NCBI GenBank assembly: GCA_038884575.1
Contig: JAWABQ010000001.1
Location: 33,730-97,729, forward strand
Direction of reading: 5' to 3'
Source: Candidatus Woesearchaeota archaeon
GTDB lineage: Archaea > Nanobdellota > Nanobdellia > Woesearchaeales > ARS49
Length of the DNA: 64,000 nucleotides
The notes under the pieces were generated by a model, which was not told where the DNA came from, did no database searches, and saw nothing but the letters and a program-made list of their open reading frames with translations. The position numbers and the translations under genes are program-made. Shown here one piece after another: positions 62,401-64,000 of the stretch (its first letter is position 1; every line of letters begins with the position of its first letter).

Positions 62401-63210
62401 CGTAAGCAATACCTTGTTGCCTAAAAGCCTGTTTTCTGCACACAGGTAAAAGTCCTTGGCGCCTGATGCCAGCAGGCTCTCAATGTTCCATTCATAATCA
62501 CGCTTCCAATAGCTTGCCATGTCAGCGCCTAATGGACCGCTTGCAGAAAGCGCGTCACGATATTCTGCCATGGTAATTCCTGCCAGTCCTGATTTTGGAA
62601 CTGTTACCTGGCTGCAATATACGTTGTTGTAATTGTTTTCCTTGAATTTCTGGTAGCACCGCAGGGTTTCATCAACTATCTGGTTTATTGCATTTTGCTT
62701 GTTGCTGTCAAGCGTGATAGGGCGGAGAATGCTTGATGTTTCAGTGCATTCAACGCAGGTTGTGCCATAGGCAATGTCACCATTGCATGCTGGTGTCTGC
62801 GCTGCCATGCCTGTAAGTGCAACCACCTTGCCGGTTGCGGGCTGTGCAGGGGCTTTTGCAATATCTGCAGGAGAAGGCTGGGCAGGCGCAGCCCCTGTCT
62901 TGAGGATTGTGAACCCATCAGGGCACAGCGAAGGTGTCATTTCCCAGCCTGGCTTTCCTGCTGCCATACTGTTGATTGCGCAAACAAGCGCCTTCATTGA
63001 GTTAATCGCAATAAGCTCGTCATCCTCAATAGGAGAAACGCCTGGCACAAACTCCTTTGAAGGAAACTTTCCTGCAAGCACTCCGCGCTCGCCAAAGATT
63101 TTTTCCTTTGCAAACTGGTAGCCGACATTCCCAATGCCATAAATCAGCAAAAGGATTACGATAGAGCCGAGTATTATTGTGATGATTGCCGCGCCTTTTT
63201 TGCCTACCAT
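59410..63210 (-). CDS. giant (1266 aa) membrane protein with a pilin-like class III signal N-terminus
   Basis: The N-terminus is MVGKKGA-AIITIILGSIVILLLIYGI. It is followed by a Cys-containing ectodomain and further hydrophobic stretches near aa 340-365 and 745-800 and at the C-terminus (...TIASIAAGLALTGMTAGTAAGATALFVATAVDVAGMATAYILEM...). The frame is uninterrupted. No known domain recognised. Confidence 0.75.
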   Translation of the reverse strand: MVGKKGAAIITIILGSIVILLLIYGIGNVGYQFAKEKIFGERGVLAGKFPSKEFVPGVSPIEDDELIAINSMKALVCAINSMAAGKPGWEMTPSLCPDGFTILKTGAAPAQPSPADIAKAPAQPATGKVVALTGMAAQTPACNGDIAYGTTCVECTETSSILRPITLDSNKQNAINQIVDETLRCYQKFKENNYNNVYCSQVTVPKSGLAGITMAEYRDALSASGPLGADMASYWKRDYEWNIESLLASGAKDFYLCAENRLLGNKVLLTRDLLACPLSASAYHAKRLECTVRSFELPQKVSVAEELIVGSGDPKFLAYYEKFPEGEEKAWQYSSKTVFFVVLGVQGALTMLPLGGKAAFALLKKVVKISDAVTRTSKNIQRLLVGFDKLSDAQKQARAIKIQGYLDNLEKLGFLTDGLRDLVKVSMKGINSLPAESIIDDVANRLMSRIQGIKNNIESINIAEAKIVKGNLFNPSLFDEARIPVSGTFTDAGKELLRREIKTIAGDAKIAMTDSQVDELIKMAEMPAGKPGLASANDVANYLRSSAVNAEDAAIRALGQADLSTVGLLMRRVGFKKGIKALLKEGTLEKPLTDAVKGLKALKKTDPGMYETMIKQADELASSYVDDLGNINFQALLDDSSESALSKLLMSVDDAGKPTAYGVQVDEMRDLLSAKTWGKGLWAGTIQKAGGPLPAGTTPQMLKEFIKNQARSLGCVIPAGVGVGLGAEASKVKPEAGVAVGAGGALLAGLATGTVGTCAKFVRDHYFPILVGLSYFMALEDSKNQKFIGVGKNTYGLIKPLAPQLTKKYTFDTPGSDHYYSEMLKEDDSRVRFFAASPCKADYDMLATYRGCAFWHNEYIYNFTDAKGIVRLQGIEPIAGKGNITIVRAWDKMDSKQKVSYLIDGSKGFWSQSRGPYWDSPFDGIRTAIREDPLAFKEFGEIVFTDPETFVRSLKVQPFTLAAGLKGVDLRRAGFDQVKNLTPEQFIDFRTALLNKLSVQDFSPAYPLGGDISLAPGRDENSVLYYTLEDWWTSLGSGASAGAHIFNPNAHPFIDLFIFKKCELKPGIACPWKNPNAPYEKLEINWDELDKAVQKEYAANRDSAEMAYFARMLAFKVYNTKWFIDTANESSLTYHYYNGDTATAVKLCHESAAPSPTQSNRGTRLDLTTTIPAFIIIPRNIDASYNNGNNYCFTAKSGLVKAVDTTLTIASIAAGLALTGMTAGTAAGATALFVATAVDVAGMATAYILEMCAAWPHHTASIAGCF

Positions 63211-63371
63211 GGCAATTGTTCCAGGAAACTAACCTGCTTTTGCCCTGACTTGGCAATAATCCAAAAGCCCAAAAACAGGACAAAAATGCCGATAATCAGG
63301 GCTATCACATAAACCCATCCCGGCAGGTCTCCTTTCCTGCTTTTCCACATCGAATAAAGTGTTCGTATCAT
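63204..63371 (-). CDS. small pilin-like/membrane protein (55 aa)
   Basis: Not in the ORF track. My translation is MIRTLYSMWKSRKGDLPGWVYVIALIIGIFVLFLGFWIIAKSGQKQVSFLEQLPW*. It starts 2 nt after the upstream stop and overlaps the giant gene's start by 7 nt. Confidence 0.45.
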   Translation of the reverse strand: MIRTLYSMWKSRKGDLPGWVYVIALIIGIFVLFLGFWIIAKSGQKQVSFLEQLPW

Positions 63372-63372
63372 C

Positions 63373-64000
63373 TTAGTCGATTATCAGCGTGCATCCTATC
63401 CCGCTTGCAGGGTCAACGATATCCGTCTGGGTATAAGGGACAAGGAAAAGCATGTTATAGTCTTTTGGTTCAGGCGTTGTTATGCCAAAGGTTGCAGGAA
63501 TGCTTTGCAAATAACCTTTTACTGCGTGCTCATTGACCCGCGCATAAACCACAGCAAGGCCATTTGCATCGACTGAAAACTCATAATGGGGCACATCAGG
63601 CTGGCCTTCTGCAAGGAAATTCAAATAATCCTTGCTTGTCAATGGGACAGGGTTTGCCAGCATCCATTCATCCATTGAGGTTATTTTTGGCTTTGCCTTG
63701 AAGGCATTAATCACCTCAGGCATGAACTTTATGTGCGCGCACAAAATGCAGTTCACAGGCGGCCTTCCAAATGTGCCGGCAAAATTCTGAACTGCAGTTT
63801 CAGGATTGCGCTCAGTCTTGGACCAGGGAAAATCATAAAGCCTCCACCATTCGTCAAACAATGGCATTTTGCCCTTGAAGACTTTTTCCCAGCAGCTGAC
63901 CATTTCATCTGCAACAATTTTGTCAACAGCAAATTCGTTAAGCACAGCCTCATTGTCAGCCTTGTCAGGGGTAAATGTCCTGATAACATTCTGGTATTGT
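63373..64000 (-). CDS. hypothetical protein, C-terminal part (5' end beyond the right edge)
   Basis: The frame stays open upstream of the ORF-track GTG at 63945 all the way to the window edge (...QYQNVIRTFTPDKADNEAVLNEFAVDK...). No family recognised. Confidence 0.55.
   Translation of the reverse strand, partial: QYQNVIRTFTPDKADNEAVLNEFAVDKIVADEMVSCWEKVFKGKMPLFDEWWRLYDFPWSKTERNPETAVQNFAGTFGRPPVNCILCAHIKFMPEVINAFKAKPKITSMDEWMLANPVPLTSKDYLNFLAEGQPDVPHYEFSVDANGLAVVYARVNEHAVKGYLQSIPATFGITTPEPKDYNMLFLVPYTQTDIVDPASGIGCTLIID

Noticed and set aside
1-64000. A search for CRISPR arrays, rRNA genes, IS elements, integrases, and tRNA-adjacent att duplications.
   Set aside because: I saw no spaced direct-repeat arrays. 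The only tandem DNA repeats are the intragenic duplication at 11.6-11.8 kb and the low-complexity AEP-coding tract at about 50.83-50.96 kb. No transposase or integrase motifs appear in any frame. There is no duplicated tRNA 3' half near the three tRNA genes.

Overview
The window looks like a gene-dense chromosomal segment from an archaeon, probably a small-genome DPANN-type lineage. The lineage call is an inference from gene content. Archaeal markers are RadA, RadB, an RPA-like OB-fold/Zn protein, RFC large subunit, MBF1, archaeal-type uS2, a NIP7-like PUA protein next to a NOL1/NOP2/Sun methylase, a FlaI/FlaJ-type ATPase and platform pair, an intron-containing tRNA, BRE/TATA promoters, and a mix of leaderless and GGAGGTGA-led genes.

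I call about 75 CDS, 3 tRNAs (Thr-UGU, Asn-GUU with a 17-nt intron, Phe-GAA), and one roughly 390-nt structured ncRNA candidate. I recognised no rRNA, CRISPR array, transposase or integrase. All protein calls rest on motif recognition by eye from the supplied translations. No database search was run.

Most notable observations:
1. A cluster of eight ORFs with class III (prepilin-like) N-termini, including a 1266-aa giant protein (55.2-63.4 kb).
2. A tight six-gene, all-membrane glycan operon (39.7-48.1 kb). It is built around a PgaC/NodC-like processive GT2 synthase, with two degenerate STT3/AglB-like paralogs, an ArnT/PMT-like GT-C protein, and two paralogous membrane-anchored proteins with thioredoxin-like domains that lack CxxC.
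3. An aspS-ybaK-tRNAAsn-gatCAB cluster in which the tRNA ends 2 nt before the gatC start codon.
4. A bacterial-type GAF-GGDEF diguanylate cyclase with an intact I-site in an archaeal context.
5. A small RHH gene, missed by the ORF track, that is translationally coupled to the pilus-type ATPase and preceded by a 9-bp inverted repeat.
6. Several tandem paralog arrays of unknown function.
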